From assembly GCA_965215505.1 (NCBI GenBank), contig OZ244065.1, forward strand, positions 5,760,001 to 5,824,000: 64,000 nt of DNA, in the 5' to 3' direction. The translations under genes and the position numbers were made by a program. This stretch comes from Capsulimonadaceae bacterium (GTDB taxonomy: Bacteria > Armatimonadota > Armatimonadia > Armatimonadales > Capsulimonadaceae). Shown piece after piece: positions 51,095 through 63,533 of this stretch (position 1 is its first letter; each line of letters starts with the position of its first letter). The notes beneath the pieces are model-generated. The model worked only from the letters and a program-made list of their open reading frames with translations. It was not told where the DNA came from and ran no database searches.

Positions 51095-54000
51095 CTAGCC
51101 GCCGCCCGCCCGTGCCGTGCTGCGCGCGTTGTCCTCGAAAGCCGCCAGCAGGGCCTCCTCGCCGCTCAGGCCGGACGCCTCGACGCGGGTGATGGCCTCC
51201 TGCATCCGCTTGTAGTCGTGCGGGATGACCTTGACGAACTTCGCCACGGTCTCTTCCCAGCGGTCCAGCAGGCCCCGCGCGTAGTCGGCGTTCGTGTACT
51301 CGACGTAGCGGCGGATCATCTGGCGGACCTCCTCGATCTCGGCCAGGTCTTCCATTCTTTCCAGCCCGACCATCTGCTTGTTGCAGCGGGTCGCGAAGTC
51401 GCCGTCCACGTCCAGGATGTAGGCGATGCCTCCGGACATGCCCGCCGCGAAGTTGCGGCCGGTCGCGCCCAGGATGATGACGCGGCCCCCGGTCATGTAC
51501 TCGCAGCCGTGGTCGCCGACGGCCTCCACGACGGCGTTCGCACCCGAATTACGGACGGCGAACCGCTCGCCCGCCCCGCCCCGAATGTAGATCTCGCCCG
51601 AGGTCGCGCCGTAAAGGGCCGTGTTGCCGATGATGATGTTCTCGCGCGGCACGAAGGTCGAGCCGGCGGGCGGCGTGATGACGATCCGCCCGCCTGACAG
51701 GCCCTTGCCGACGTAGTCGTTGGCGTCGCCCTGCAAGAGCAGGGTCATGCCGGCCGGGATGAATGCCCCGAAGGACTGGCCCGCCGAGCCGTTGAAGGTC
51801 AGCCGGATGGTGTCCTCGGGCATCCCCTGCGCGCCGTACTTCCGGGTCACCTCGCTGCCGACGATTGTGCCGACGACGCGGTTTGTGTTCTTGATCGGCA
51901 GGGTGGCTTCCACGCGCTCGCCGCGTTCCAGGGCCGGCTCGCACAGCGCGAGCAGGGAGGTGTTGTCCAGAGCGCCGTCCAGGCCGTGGTCCTGCTCCAT
52001 CTGCTTGTAGCGGCCCACCTCGTCACCGACCTCGGGCTGGTAGAACAGGTGCGAGAAGTCCAGGCCGCGCGTCTTCCAGTGGTCCACGGCCTTGTCCGCT
52101 TCCAGACGGTCGGTGTGGCCGACCATCTCCAGCAGGGTGCGGAAGCCCATGGCGGCCATGATCTCGCGGACCTCCTCGGCGATGAAGCGCATGAAGTTGA
52201 CCGCGTGAGCGGGGTCGCCGGTGAAGTTCTTCCTCAGTTCGGGGTCCTGGGTGGCGACGCCCACCGGGCAGGTATTCAGGTGGCAGACCCGCATCATGAT
52301 GCACCCCAGCGAGACCAATGGAGCGGTGGCGAAGCCGAACTCCTCGGCCCCCAGCAAGGCCGCGATGACCACGTCGCGCCCGGTCTTGAGCTGCCCGTCG
52401 GTCTCGACGGCGATGCGCGAGCGCAGGTTGTTCAGCACCAGAGTCTGGTGCGTCTCGGCAAGTCCCAGCTCCCAGGGGATGCCGGCATGCTTGATGGAGG
52501 TCTGCGGGGAGGCACCGGTGCCGCCGTCGTGGCCGCTGATCAGGACGACATCGGCCTTGGCCTTGGCGACGCCCGCCGCGATGGTGCCGACGCCGACCTC
52601 CGCGACCAGCTTGACGCTGATGCGGGCCTGGGTGTTCGAGTTCTTCAGGTCATGGATCAGCTCGGCCAGGTCCTCGATGGAGTAGATGTCGTGGTGTGGC
52701 GGCGGCGAGATCAGGCCGACGCCCGGCGTCGAGAAGCGCACTTTGGCGATCCAGGGGTAGACCTTGGAGCCGGGGAGCTGGCCGCCCTCGCCGGGCTTGG
52801 CCCCCTGCGCCATCTTGATCTGTAGTTCTTGGGCGTTGACGAGGTAGTGCGAGGTGACGCCGAAGCGGCCCGAGGCGACCTGCTTGATGGCGCTGGAGCG
52901 CGAGTCGCCGTTGGCATCAGGGATGTAGCGGGCGGGGTCCTCGCCGCCCTCGCCCGTGTTGGACTTGCCGCCGACGCGGTTCATGGCGATTGCCAGGGCT
53001 TCGTGCGCCTCGATGCTGATCGAGCCGTAGGACATGGCACCGGTCTTGAACCGCTTGACGATCTCGGTCCAGGGTTCCACTTCATCCAAGGGAATCGGGG
53101 TGGGCGCGAGCTTCAGCCCGAGCAGGCCGCGCAAAGTTGCCTTCTTCTCGAGCTGCTCGTTGACCAGGCCCGAATACTCCTTGAAGACGCCGTAGTCGGC
53201 GTTACGGACCGCCTGCTGCAACTTATGAACGGTCTGCGGGCTGAACAGGTGGTATTCGCCGTCCGCGCGCCACTGGTACTGGCCGCCGACATCCAGGGTA
53301 TGCGGGTGTGTGCCGCGCTCCGGGAAGGCGCGCGAGTGGCGGATGGTTGCCTCGCGGGCCAGGACATCCATGCCGACGCCGCCGATGCGCGAGGCGGTGC
53401 GGGTGAAGTAACGGTCAATGACGGAAGGGTGCAGGCCGATGGCCTCGAAGATCTGCGCCCCACAGTAGCTCTCGATGGTGGAGATGCCCATCTTGGAGAT
53501 GACCTTGACAATGCCCTTGACGGCGGCCTTGACGTAGTTCTTCTTGGCCGCGTAGGGCGTGATCTCCCGCAGCAGGTTTTCGCGGATGGCGTCGTCAATC
53601 GTTTCAAAGGCCAGGTACGGGTTGATGGCGGCGACGCCGTAGCCGACGAGCAGCGAGAAGTGATGCACCTCGCGCGGCTCGCCCGATTCGAGGACCAGAC
53701 CGATGCGCGTCCGCGTCCCCTGCCTAATCAGGTGGTGGTGCAGGCCCGCGCAGGCCAGCAGGGCGGGGATGGGGGCGTTGTCGTGGTCAATGCCCCGGTC
53801 GGACAGGATCAGGATGTTCTTGCCCAAGGCGATGGTGGCGTCGGCCTCGGCGCAGAGCCGGTCCATGGCCGCCACCAGGCCTTCTGCCCCTTCCGAGGCT
53901 TTGAACAGGATGGGCAGGGTCACGGACTGGAAGCCGGGCCGGTCTATCTGCCGCAGCTTGGCGAGGTCGTCGTTGGTCAGGATCGGCGAGTCGAGCGCGA

Positions 54001-55693
54001 TCAGGTTGCAGTTCTCGGGGCCGGGGTCCAGCAGGTTCCTTTCGGACCCGATGCTCATGGCCGACGACGTGACGATCTCCTCGCGGATGCAGTCGATGGG
54101 CGGGTTGGTGACCTGGGCGAAGAGCTGCTGGAAGTAGTTGAACAGGGACTGCGGCTTGTCCGAGAGGACGGCAAGCGGCGTGTCCGTGCCCATCGAGCCG
54201 ATGGCCTCGACGCCCAGCCGGGCCATGGGCGCCATCAGGATACGCAGGTCCTCGAACGTGTAGCCGAAGGCCTGCTGGCGCTGCAAGACGGTTTCGTGCG
54301 TCGTCGTCGGCACGTCGGTCGGGTCCGGCAGGTCGGAGAGCCTGACAAGATTCGCGTCCAGCCACTCGCGGTAGGGGTTCTCGCGGGCGATGCTTTCTTT
54401 GATCTCCTCGTCGGCGACGATGCGGCCCTCGGCCGTGTCCACGAGGAACATTCGGCCCGGCTGCAAGCGGCCTTTGGACAGGACGCGCTCGGGCGCGATG
54501 TCCAGCACACCGACCTCGGAGGCCATGATGACCAGGTCGTCCTTGGTGACGTAGTAGCGCGAGGGCCGCAGGCCGTTCCGGTCCAGGACCGCCCCGATCT
54601 GGATGCCGTCGGTGAAGCCGATGGAGGCCGGCCCGTCCCACGGCTCCATGAGGCAGGAGTGGTACTGATAAAACGCCTTCTTTTCCGCGCTCATGCTCTC
54701 ATGGTTGGACCACGGCTCCGGGATCATCATCATCATGGCGTGGGGGAGCGACCGGCCGGAGAGCGTCAGGAACTCAAGGCAGTTGTCGAACCTGGCCGAG
54801 TCGCTGCCCTCGTCGTTGATGATCGGCAGCATCTTGGGCAGGTCCTCGCCGAACAGGGCCGAGGCGAACTGCGACTCGCGCGCCCGCAGCCAGTTGACGT
54901 TGCCCCGGATCGTGTTGATCTCGCCGTTGTGGGCGATCATGCGGTAGGGGTGCGCCCGGTCCCACGACGGGAAGGTGTTGGTGCTGAAGCGCGAATGGAC
55001 CAGGGCCAGCGCGCTCTCCATCTCGGGGTCGGCAAGGTCCGGGTAGAACTCCTCGACCTGTTCGGGCATCAGCATCCCCTTGTAGATGAGGGTGCGGGCC
55101 GAGAGGCTGGGGATGTAAAACTTGTCGCTGCCGCCGTAGCCTTCCTTGCGGATGGTGTGGGCGGACCGCTTGCGGATGACGCACAACTTGCGCTCGAAGT
55201 GCAGGTCGTCGGTGATGCCCGCGCCGCGCCCGATGAAGAACTGGCGGATGACCGGCTGGGCGGCGATCGCCGTCTCGCCCAGCGTGGAGTTGTCGGTCGG
55301 CACGTTGCGCCAGCCGAGGAACGTCTGCCCTTCCTGCGCCGTCACCGCCTCTAGTATCTCCTCACAGGCCTCGCGCGTGGCGGCGACGGGCGGCAGGAAG
55401 GCCGTGCCGACGCCGTACTGTCCGGCGGGGGGCAGGATGACACCCGCCAGTGCCATCTCGCGAGCGAGGAAGGCGTGCGGGACCTGGAGCAGGATGCCCG
55501 CGCCGTCGCCCGAGTTCGCCTCGCTGCCGCAGGCGCCCCGGTGGGCGAGGTTCCGCAGGATGGTCAGGGCCTGGCTGATGATCTCGTGGGATTTTTTACC
55601 TTTGATGTTGACGACGAATCCTGCGCCGCAGGAGTCATGCTCGAAATCCGGGTCATATAGCCCCTGCTTGGGGGGCAGGCCAGTGGGTTTCAT
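51095..55693 (-). CDS. gltB: Glutamate synthase large subunit
   Basis: [37 protein letters not shown]. Confidence 0.98.
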   Translation of the reverse strand: MKPTGLPPKQGLYDPDFEHDSCGAGFVVNIKGKKSHEIISQALTILRNLAHRGACGSEANSGDGAGILLQVPHAFLAREMALAGVILPPAGQYGVGTAFLPPVAATREACEEILEAVTAQEGQTFLGWRNVPTDNSTLGETAIAAQPVIRQFFIGRGAGITDDLHFERKLCVIRKRSAHTIRKEGYGGSDKFYIPSLSARTLIYKGMLMPEQVEEFYPDLADPEMESALALVHSRFSTNTFPSWDRAHPYRMIAHNGEINTIRGNVNWLRARESQFASALFGEDLPKMLPIINDEGSDSARFDNCLEFLTLSGRSLPHAMMMMIPEPWSNHESMSAEKKAFYQYHSCLMEPWDGPASIGFTDGIQIGAVLDRNGLRPSRYYVTKDDLVIMASEVGVLDIAPERVLSKGRLQPGRMFLVDTAEGRIVADEEIKESIARENPYREWLDANLVRLSDLPDPTDVPTTTHETVLQRQQAFGYTFEDLRILMAPMARLGVEAIGSMGTDTPLAVLSDKPQSLFNYFQQLFAQVTNPPIDCIREEIVTSSAMSIGSERNLLDPGPENCNLIALDSPILTNDDLAKLRQIDRPGFQSVTLPILFKASEGAEGLVAAMDRLCAEADATIALGKNILILSDRGIDHDNAPIPALLACAGLHHHLIRQGTRTRIGLVLESGEPREVHHFSLLVGYGVAAINPYLAFETIDDAIRENLLREITPYAAKKNYVKAAVKGIVKVISKMGISTIESYCGAQIFEAIGLHPSVIDRYFTRTASRIGGVGMDVLAREATIRHSRAFPERGTHPHTLDVGGQYQWRADGEYHLFSPQTVHKLQQAVRNADYGVFKEYSGLVNEQLEKKATLRGLLGLKLAPTPIPLDEVEPWTEIVKRFKTGAMSYGSISIEAHEALAIAMNRVGGKSNTGEGGEDPARYIPDANGDSRSSAIKQVASGRFGVTSHYLVNAQELQIKMAQGAKPGEGGQLPGSKVYPWIAKVRFSTPGVGLISPPPHHDIYSIEDLAELIHDLKNSNTQARISVKLVAEVGVGTIAAGVAKAKADVVLISGHDGGTGASPQTSIKHAGIPWELGLAETHQTLVLNNLRSRIAVETDGQLKTGRDVVIAALLGAEEFGFATAPLVSLGCIMMRVCHLNTCPVGVATQDPELRKNFTGDPAHAVNFMRFIAEEVREIMAAMGFRTLLEMVGHTDRLEADKAVDHWKTRGLDFSHLFYQPEVGDEVGRYKQMEQDHGLDGALDNTSLLALCEPALERGERVEATLPIKNTNRVVGTIVGSEVTRKYGAQGMPEDTIRLTFNGSAGQSFGAFIPAGMTLLLQGDANDYVGKGLSGGRIVITPPAGSTFVPRENIIIGNTALYGATSGEIYIRGGAGERFAVRNSGANAVVEAVGDHGCEYMTGGRVIILGATGRNFAAGMSGGIAYILDVDGDFATRCNKQMVGLERMEDLAEIEEVRQMIRRYVEYTNADYARGLLDRWEETVAKFVKVIPHDYKRMQEAITRVEASGLSGEEALLAAFEDNARSTARAGGG

Positions 55694-55879
55694 CGCGGGA
55701 AAGGTCCTCTTCTAAGTCAACGATCAAGAAAGGTCGGGAAGTGCAGCGGAACGGTAACAGGACGGTACAGGAGGGGTCGGCGTCCGCCGGGCTGGTCCTC
55801 CGAAGGTCTGAAAGGGCCGGTCCAGCCGCGTCTCTGCGGCGAGGTTCGCCACGCGGGGGAACTCCCGCTTGGGACGTGA

Positions 55880-55909
55880 ATTATAGCACAATTGTCGGCC
55901 CGGCGTCAA
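55880..55909 (-). promoter_or_regulatory. Sigma70-type promoter of gltBD
   Basis: TTGACG-N18-TATAAT with extended TG. Confidence 0.75.
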
Positions 55910-55981
55910 CGCCCCGGCTTGGGCGGTTTCTGCGCGGCCGGGGGGAACGCCAATCGCGCCGGAACGGGTAGAATGATGCAT

Positions 55982-57019
<1,038 letters not shown>

Positions 57020-57057
57020 GGTTCATCGCCTGCGCCGGAAGGCCGCGCCACCGATCA

Positions 57058-57256
57058 CCACGGGTTGAAACCCGAGGCTAGGAAGTGCCCAGCGTCCAGG
57101 GGACGCAAGAGTCAGCATGGGAGCGTAGGGGCGGGGTCCCCCCGCCCTCCTATCTGCGCCCTCTGCTTCCTGTCCTGTGTCCTTGCCGTATCCTATGTCC
57201 CTGTCTTAACGTCCGCTGGACAGTGGGCACTTGGAGCCTCGGGTTTCAACCCGTGG
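57058..57256. repeat. Nested palindromic REPIN/MITE-like element
   Basis: Perfect 22-bp IR at 57058-57079 / 57235-57256, inner imperfect IR, GTAG REP at 57125-57149. Confidence 0.85.
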
Positions 57257-57307
57257 CGAACGCTGCCGTTACCAAATTTATCCCCGCATCAGGAGAGTTC
57301 GCCCGCA

Positions 57308-58738
57308 ATGTTGTCAATGACGCGACTGCACCCCTTCACCTTCTCATTGCGGCTTTTCGCCGCGTTCGCCTTCCTGCTGGCTCTCACCCCAGCCCGCGCC
57401 GCCGAGACGGACTGCCTGGTCCGGGACCCGTCCACAATCGTCAAGCGCGGCGACACATACTGGATCTATGGGACGGGGCGGGGGACCGAGCAGTTCTCCT
57501 CCAAAGACAAGCTCCACTGGCTCGACCGGGGTTCCGCCCTGCCCACGCCGCCGGACTGGCTCGCCAAGGCGTCGCCTGAAAGCAAGAACGAGGTCTGGGC
57601 ACCCGACGTCCACTTCTATCACGGCAAGTACTGGCTCTATTCGGCCTACTCGCACTGGGGCACGAACAATTCGGCCATCGGCCTGGCGACCAGCACGACG
57701 CTGGCACCGAACTCATGGGTGGAGCAGGGTCTTGTGGTCGCCTCCCATGACGGCGGGGACGTCAACGCCATTGACCCGTGCATCTTCGAGGACGCGGACG
57801 GCAAGCCGTGGCTGTCCTACGGCTCCTATGTGTCGGGAGTCAAGCTGATCCGGCTGGACCCGGACACGGGGCTTGCCTCGGCGACCGACAAGACGCTCTA
57901 CAGCATCGCCGCCCGGCAGTCCGGGCCGGGCGCGGCGGTCGAGGCCTCCTACATCACTTTCCACGACGGGTACTATTACCTGTTCGTCAACTGGGACGCC
58001 TGCTGCGCCGGGTCCAAAAGTAACTACAACATCCGCATGGGCCGCTCCCACGCCGTCACCGGACCCTACCTGGACAAGAACGGCAAGGACATGGCGCTTG
58101 GCGGCGGGACGCTGTTCCTAGGCGCGGTCCATGACAACGGCACCGGACGCCCCCCGGACGAAGAGGTAGGTCCGGGCCACGTCGGCATCCTGCACGACGC
58201 CGACGGCGACTGGCTTTCCACGCACTACGAGTGGGCGCGGGACAAGAAAGGCGCGACCACGGTGAACGTCCAGCGCCTGGCCTGGGACGGCGACGGCTGG
58301 CCCCGCGCCGTCCTGGACCCCGGCCCGTACCGGATGGCCTCGTTCCTGGCGACTCACGACCTCCTCACCGTCTCGGGGCCTGCGGGGAACGCGGCGCTTC
58401 AGACAGGGCCGGACGTTGGCGGCGGGCCTCAGCAGTGGACGCTCGGCTACCAGGGGGACGGCTATTATAGCCTCCTGAGCGGCGGCAAGGCGCTGAGCGT
58501 GGCCGGCGACAGCACGGAGCCGGGGGCGAAGCTCACGCTCGCGCCGTTCACCAAGCGCGACTCGCAGCTCTGGTTTTTGGGGCAGAATGACGACGGCACA
58601 TACACGGTCTCTTCTAAGAACAGCGCCAAGGCGCTGGTGCTGGACATCGCCAACTGCGCCCTCAACGACGGGGCCTCGGTCGGGGAATGGTCGTCTCTAG
58701 GCAACGACTGCCAGAAATGGTCGTTCCGCCGCCACTGA
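57308..58738 (+). CDS. Secreted GH43 (arabinan endo-1,5-arabinosidase-like) with ricin-B/CBM13 domain
   Basis: RDPS, WAPD, AIDP, VEAS, GPGH; QQW/QLW/QKW repeats. Confidence 0.9.
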   Translation: MLSMTRLHPFTFSLRLFAAFAFLLALTPARAAETDCLVRDPSTIVKRGDTYWIYGTGRGTEQFSSKDKLHWLDRGSALPTPPDWLAKASPESKNEVWAPDVHFYHGKYWLYSAYSHWGTNNSAIGLATSTTLAPNSWVEQGLVVASHDGGDVNAIDPCIFEDADGKPWLSYGSYVSGVKLIRLDPDTGLASATDKTLYSIAARQSGPGAAVEASYITFHDGYYYLFVNWDACCAGSKSNYNIRMGRSHAVTGPYLDKNGKDMALGGGTLFLGAVHDNGTGRPPDEEVGPGHVGILHDADGDWLSTHYEWARDKKGATTVNVQRLAWDGDGWPRAVLDPGPYRMASFLATHDLLTVSGPAGNAALQTGPDVGGGPQQWTLGYQGDGYYSLLSGGKALSVAGDSTEPGAKLTLAPFTKRDSQLWFLGQNDDGTYTVSSKNSAKALVLDIANCALNDGASVGEWSSLGNDCQKWSFRRH

Positions 58739-58746
58739 GGCCCGGC

Positions 58747-59280
58747 ATGAGCATCCTGCAAAGCGGCCTCGGCCCTTTGGTTCTGGAACCAGCCCGCCCG
58801 GAAGACCTTCCGGTCGTCATGGGCATCCTCGACGAGTGCGCCGCCTGGCTGCATTCGCGCGGCATCGCGCAGTGGGCCTTGCCGCAGCCGCCGCACGAGT
58901 GGGAGCGGATGGGAGTCCAGATCGCGCTCGGGCACGTCACTTTGGTTCGCCTGGAAGCAGACAGGAGCCTCATCGGCACCCTCCGTGTTGAGTGGGAAGA
59001 TACTGAACTGTGGCCGGATGACCCTCTTGGGGGCGGCTATGTGCATTCCCTCGCCATCCGCAACCATGCCCGAGGGCACAAGGTGGGCGAAAGCCTTCTC
59101 CGGTGGGCGCAGGAGCAGATCGCGAGCCGAGGCCGGAAGTACATCCGGCTCGACTGCTGGGCGGAGAACTTGCAGTTGTGCCGCTACTACGAGGGCCTGG
59201 GGTTCCGGCGGTGTGGGGACTTCCAGCGGGGGGCGTGGAGCGGGGCGCTGTATGAGAAAGAGGCTTCGCCACGGGGCTGA
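58747..59280 (+). CDS. GNAT family acetyltransferase
   Basis: YVHSLAI..ARGHKVG, RLDC..N..L..YYE.LGF. Confidence 0.9.
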   Translation: MSILQSGLGPLVLEPARPEDLPVVMGILDECAAWLHSRGIAQWALPQPPHEWERMGVQIALGHVTLVRLEADRSLIGTLRVEWEDTELWPDDPLGGGYVHSLAIRNHARGHKVGESLLRWAQEQIASRGRKYIRLDCWAENLQLCRYYEGLGFRRCGDFQRGAWSGALYEKEASPRG

Positions 59281-59444
59281 ACCCTCGTGCTTTGGTAAAG
59301 CGACTCCCCGCCTTCGCGGGCAGGGGAGGGCGGGGGATTAAAGAGGGCGGGGGGACCCCGCCCCTACACGGTCATGTCTTCGCCCGCTCTTCGCCCGCGA
59401 AGGCGGGGGCTTGCAAGGCTAAAGCACGGGGGTTCAGCCCCGTG
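59270..59444. repeat. Nested palindromic REPIN/MITE-like element
   Basis: 24-bp IR with 1 mismatch at 59270-59293 / 59421-59444; 16-bp IR at 59306-59321 / 59393-59408; REP at 59343-59367. Confidence 0.85.
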
Positions 59445-59508
59445 AAACCCACCGAACCCTTTCCGCACGCACCACCGTTATAACAGCATCCACTGCCGGA
59501 GGTGCAAG

Positions 59509-60186
59509 ATGCGGAACTATTTCAATCGTGTGACAAAGCGCGTCGGGTTCACGCTCATCGAACTGCTGGTCGTCATCGCCATCGTGGCCGTGATCGCCGC
59601 CATCCTGTCCCCCGTCTTCGCTTCGGTGCGGGAGCGGGGCCGGCGGACGGTCTGCCAGAGCAACCTGAAGCAGATCGCGATTGCCATGCAGCAGTACGTT
59701 CAGGACAATGGCGGGGTATACCCACCAGACAACGCTCCAAGTCCGGATCCATATAATAGCGGTTGGCAGTACGCAGTCTACCCCTATATAAAAGACACGC
59801 AGGTATTCCGCTGCCCCGATAGCCACAATATAGGGGGCGGCCTGGAGTCCATAGACTACGACTATTTTTACGCCCGCCTCAACACGGTACTCCCACCGGT
59901 CGACGGCCTCAGCCATCTGATAGGTGCCCACGAGAATTCGCTGGCCACTCCTGCTACCATATACTTGAACTCAGACGCTACCTGGGAGAGCAACGTAGAC
60001 GGAAAGTACCATGACGGCCGACTTGTCCTCCGGACCTCCTGTGGTCACTCTTGGGCTGGAAGCACACTGCACTCCGGCGGCGGCAACTGGTCCTATGCCG
60101 ATGGTCACGTCAAGTGGCTGACGCCGGAAGAGGCCGGGGAAGTCGAATGCCTCAACGGTCCCTTGTCGCCCCCCTTCAAGAACTGA
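59509..60186 (+). CDS. Prepilin-type N-terminal cleavage/DUF1559, H-X9-DG domain protein
   Basis: [40 protein letters not shown]. Confidence 0.92.
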   Translation: MRNYFNRVTKRVGFTLIELLVVIAIVAVIAAILSPVFASVRERGRRTVCQSNLKQIAIAMQQYVQDNGGVYPPDNAPSPDPYNSGWQYAVYPYIKDTQVFRCPDSHNIGGGLESIDYDYFYARLNTVLPPVDGLSHLIGAHENSLATPATIYLNSDATWESNVDGKYHDGRLVLRTSCGHSWAGSTLHSGGGNWSYADGHVKWLTPEEAGEVECLNGPLSPPFKN

Positions 60187-60197
60187 CTAACGCACAA

Positions 60198-61634
60198 TTG
60201 CCGACAGCCGATAACAACCAAGCGAGCCTGCGTTTCCTGCCTAAAGTCCATGCCCTGCTTGGAACCGAGGCGGCGCGGGCGTTGCTGGCAGACCTGCCGC
60301 GCCCGGTCGTCCTGGACGAAGTGCGGGCGGAGGTAGACGCCCTGCGCCGGAAGGTCCTCGCGGGGCAGGCCACGCCGCCGTTCGATGAGGCGGACATCTT
60401 CGCGGCGATCCGGGAACGGCTGGCGGCGAACGATCTTCGGCGCTTGCAGCGGGTCATCAACGCCACGGGCATCGTCATCCACACCAACATGGGCCGCGCG
60501 CCCATGGCCGAGGCGGCGGTGAAGGCGGTGGCGAGCGCCGCCCGCAACTACTCAAATCTGGAACTAGATCTGGCGACCGGCAAGCGCGGCGGGCGGGGCG
60601 GGCAGATCGGCGACTTGCTGCAACGCCTGACAGGGGCGGAAGCGGCCCTCGTCGTCAACAACAATGCGGCGGCGGTGCTACTGGCCCTGACGGCGGCGGC
60701 GTCGGGCGGCGAGGTCGTCATCTCGCGCGGGGAGCTGGTAGAGATCGGCGGCGGCTTCCGCGTCCCGGACGTCATCGCGCAGAGCGGGGCGCGGCTGGTG
60801 GAGGTCGGGACGACCAACAAGACGCGGATCGGGGACTACAAGCAGGCGATCACGGCGGACACGAAGGTCTTGCTGAAGGTCCACGCCAGCAACTATCGGA
60901 TTGTCGGCTTCACGCAGGAGGCATCGCTGCCGGAGCTAGTGGCGCTGGGCCGGGAACACGGGCTGCTGGTCATGAACGACCTGGGCAGCGGCGCATTGAT
61001 AGACGTGACGCGCTACGGCCTGCCCTATGAGCCGACCGTCGCGGAGACGATCAGGGCGGGCGTGGACATGGCGATGGTCAGCGGCGACAAGCTGCTGGGC
61101 GGGCCGCAGTGCGGCATACTCTTGGGCCGCGCCGCGCCAATCGCACGCATGGCCTCGCACCCGCTGTTCCGTGCCTTGCGGGCAGACAAGCTGACGCTGG
61201 CGGCGTTAGAGGCAACGCTGAGGCTCTATGAGGATGAAGAGCGTCTGACCGAGACGGTTCCCGTCCTGCACATGCTCTCGCGGAGCAAAGAGGAACTGAC
61301 GCGCCGCGCCCGTCGCCTGCGGAACGCCCTCGCCAAGATGTCCGGCCTGGAAACGCGCCTGACAGACGGCGTCGGCTACACTGGCGGCGGCGCATTGCCG
61401 ACGGTCCCGCTGCCGACGAAGCTGGTGCAGGTGCGGGCCGAGGCGATGAGCGTGGAAGAACTGGCCTCGGCACTGCGTCGGCACGACCCGCCCGTCATGG
61501 GGATGCTGGCCGACGGCTGGCTCGCCCTCGACGTGCGGACGGTGCGTGAAGACGAGATGCGGGAGCTTATCCAGGCGGTCCGAGACGTCACGGGGAACCA
61601 GCCTAACCACCTGGCGGTTGAAGCGGCAGAATGA
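60198..61634 (+). CDS. selA: L-seryl-tRNA(Sec) selenium transferase (start uncertain)
   Basis: VINATG..IHTNMGRA, VNNNAAA, EVGTTN, SGDKLLGGPQ. Confidence 0.96.
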   Translation: MPTADNNQASLRFLPKVHALLGTEAARALLADLPRPVVLDEVRAEVDALRRKVLAGQATPPFDEADIFAAIRERLAANDLRRLQRVINATGIVIHTNMGRAPMAEAAVKAVASAARNYSNLELDLATGKRGGRGGQIGDLLQRLTGAEAALVVNNNAAAVLLALTAAASGGEVVISRGELVEIGGGFRVPDVIAQSGARLVEVGTTNKTRIGDYKQAITADTKVLLKVHASNYRIVGFTQEASLPELVALGREHGLLVMNDLGSGALIDVTRYGLPYEPTVAETIRAGVDMAMVSGDKLLGGPQCGILLGRAAPIARMASHPLFRALRADKLTLAALEATLRLYEDEERLTETVPVLHMLSRSKEELTRRARRLRNALAKMSGLETRLTDGVGYTGGGALPTVPLPTKLVQVRAEAMSVEELASALRRHDPPVMGMLADGWLALDVRTVREDEMRELIQAVRDVTGNQPNHLAVEAAE

Positions 61635-63526
61635 AGCACATCACGGTCGGCGTTGCGGGCCACATCGACCACGGCAAGACGGCCCTCGTCCGCGCCCTGA
61701 CGGGGACGGAGACGGACCGGCTCAAGGAGGAGCGGGAGCGGGGCATGTCCATCGTGCTCGGCTTCGCGCATCTGGCGCTGCCGGGGGGAGAGGTGGATCT
61801 GATTGACGTGCCCGGTCACGAGCGGTTCGTCAAGACGATGATCGCTGGGGCGACCGGGATTGACGCGGCCCTGCTGGTGGTCGCGGCCAACGAGCGCGTC
61901 AAGCCGCAGACCGTGGAACACGTCGCCCTGATGGGGCTGCTGGGCGTCGAGAGGGGCTTGGTCGTCGTGTCCAAGTGTGACCTGGTGCCGGACGAGGACG
62001 AGCGGGCGCTGGTTGCGGAAGAACTGGGCGAGTTCCTGCACGGTACGTTCCTGCGCGATGCGCCGTTGCTGTTCGCCTCGGCGATTACCGGCGAGGGGCT
62101 GGACGGGATCACGGCGGCATTCGAAGACCTGCTGGCCCAGGCCGAATCGCCGCGCCAGCAGCCGTACTTCACGCTGCCCGTAGACCGGGCGTTTACGATC
62201 ACCGGGCAGGGGACCATCGTCACGGGCACATTGCGGCGCGGGCCGGTGCGGGTGGGGCAGACGGTGGAGATCTGGCCGGGCGGGCTGAGAGCTGAGGTGC
62301 GGGGCCTGGAAGTCCACGGGCGGGCGGTCACGACCGCGCCGCCCGGCTGGCGCACAGCGGTCAACCTGCGCGGGGTCAAGAAGGACGACATCACGCACGG
62401 CGACACGCTGGCGACCGTCGGCGCGTTGCGCCCGACCCGGTTGCTGGACGCCGAGCTGACGTTGCTGTCTTCCGCCGACAAGCCGGTCAAGCGCGGTCAG
62501 GCCGTCGTCCTGCACTTCGGGACGAGCGAGCTGACGGTGCGCGTCTATCCGCTGGGGCGGCCGGAGATCGAAGCGGGGGCCACGGCGTTCGTTCAGTTCC
62601 GGCTGGCCGCAGACGCCGTTGTTCCGACGGGTGAGCCGTTCGTTATCCGCGCGCCCTCGCCGGTCGAGACGGTCGGCGGGGGACGGATCGTAGACCCATG
62701 CCCGGTCAAGCATACGCACGTTGATGAGGCCGTTCTGCGCGCGGTGCAGGTGCTGGCACACGGCACCCCGGAGGAGCGGCTGCGCGAGAAGCTGCGCGCG
62801 GCGGGGCCGGAAGGGCGCGACGCACGGCAGATCGCGCTCGATATAGGTATCGCCCCCGAAGCGCTGACGCCCGCCCTGCCCGCCGTGTTCTGTTCGGGCG
62901 GCCTGGTGCTTGACCCGGACGTGTTCAGCGTATTGCGGGGGCAGACGCAGGCTCTTATCGCACAGTTCCACGCCGCCCACCCGACGCGGCGGGGGATGCC
63001 GCAGGAGGAGCTGCGCCGCCGCCTGCCGCGCGCTCTGAGACCGGCGGCTTTCCACCATCTGCTGGAAGACCTGACGGCATCCGGTACGCTCCAGACTCTG
63101 GATGGACTCGTGCGGCAGGCGGGCTACTCGCCCGAGGCCGCGCTGTCCGCCGTCGAGCGCGGCATCGCCCAGGAGATCGAGGCCGAGTTCCGGGCGGGCG
63201 GCCTGAAGCCGCCCGACATGGACGCCATCCTGAAGAGCGACCGGCGGCGCAAGAGCCTGTACCACTTCTTAGTCGAGGCGGGTGCCCTGGTCCCGACGAC
63301 GGAGCGTAGCTCCAACAAGACGGTCGTGTTCCACCGAGACGCGCTGGCCGAGGCCGAGCGTCTCCTGCGCGATGCGCTCTCGGGGGGCGAGGGGCAGACA
63401 GTTTCTCAGCTCAACGTCGCGCTGGGCACGACGCGGAAGTTCTCGATTCCCTTGCTGGAACACATGGATAGCCTCGGCGTGACGAAACGCACGGGCGACG
63501 TCCGCCTCTGGAACGGGAGGGGGTGA
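61631..63526 (+). CDS. selB: Selenocysteine-specific elongation factor
   Basis: AGHIDHGKT, DVPGHERF, C-terminal TRKFSIPLLE winged helix. Confidence 0.96.
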   Translation: MKHITVGVAGHIDHGKTALVRALTGTETDRLKEERERGMSIVLGFAHLALPGGEVDLIDVPGHERFVKTMIAGATGIDAALLVVAANERVKPQTVEHVALMGLLGVERGLVVVSKCDLVPDEDERALVAEELGEFLHGTFLRDAPLLFASAITGEGLDGITAAFEDLLAQAESPRQQPYFTLPVDRAFTITGQGTIVTGTLRRGPVRVGQTVEIWPGGLRAEVRGLEVHGRAVTTAPPGWRTAVNLRGVKKDDITHGDTLATVGALRPTRLLDAELTLLSSADKPVKRGQAVVLHFGTSELTVRVYPLGRPEIEAGATAFVQFRLAADAVVPTGEPFVIRAPSPVETVGGGRIVDPCPVKHTHVDEAVLRAVQVLAHGTPEERLREKLRAAGPEGRDARQIALDIGIAPEALTPALPAVFCSGGLVLDPDVFSVLRGQTQALIAQFHAAHPTRRGMPQEELRRRLPRALRPAAFHHLLEDLTASGTLQTLDGLVRQAGYSPEAALSAVERGIAQEIEAEFRAGGLKPPDMDAILKSDRRRKSLYHFLVEAGALVPTTERSSNKTVVFHRDALAEAERLLRDALSGGEGQTVSQLNVALGTTRKFSIPLLEHMDSLGVTKRTGDVRLWNGRG

Positions 63527-63533
63527 TGACGCG

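Noticed and set aside
52829-55354. Long antisense ORFs (e.g. 841 aa here, also 27294-29339, 41703-43289, 61376-63265)
   Set aside because: Shadow frames opposite well-supported genes in high-GC DNA, with no recognisable motifs
55694-55879. Known glutamine (glnA) riboswitch upstream of gltB
   Set aside because: I could not find its conserved core by eye; kept only as an unassigned structured leader
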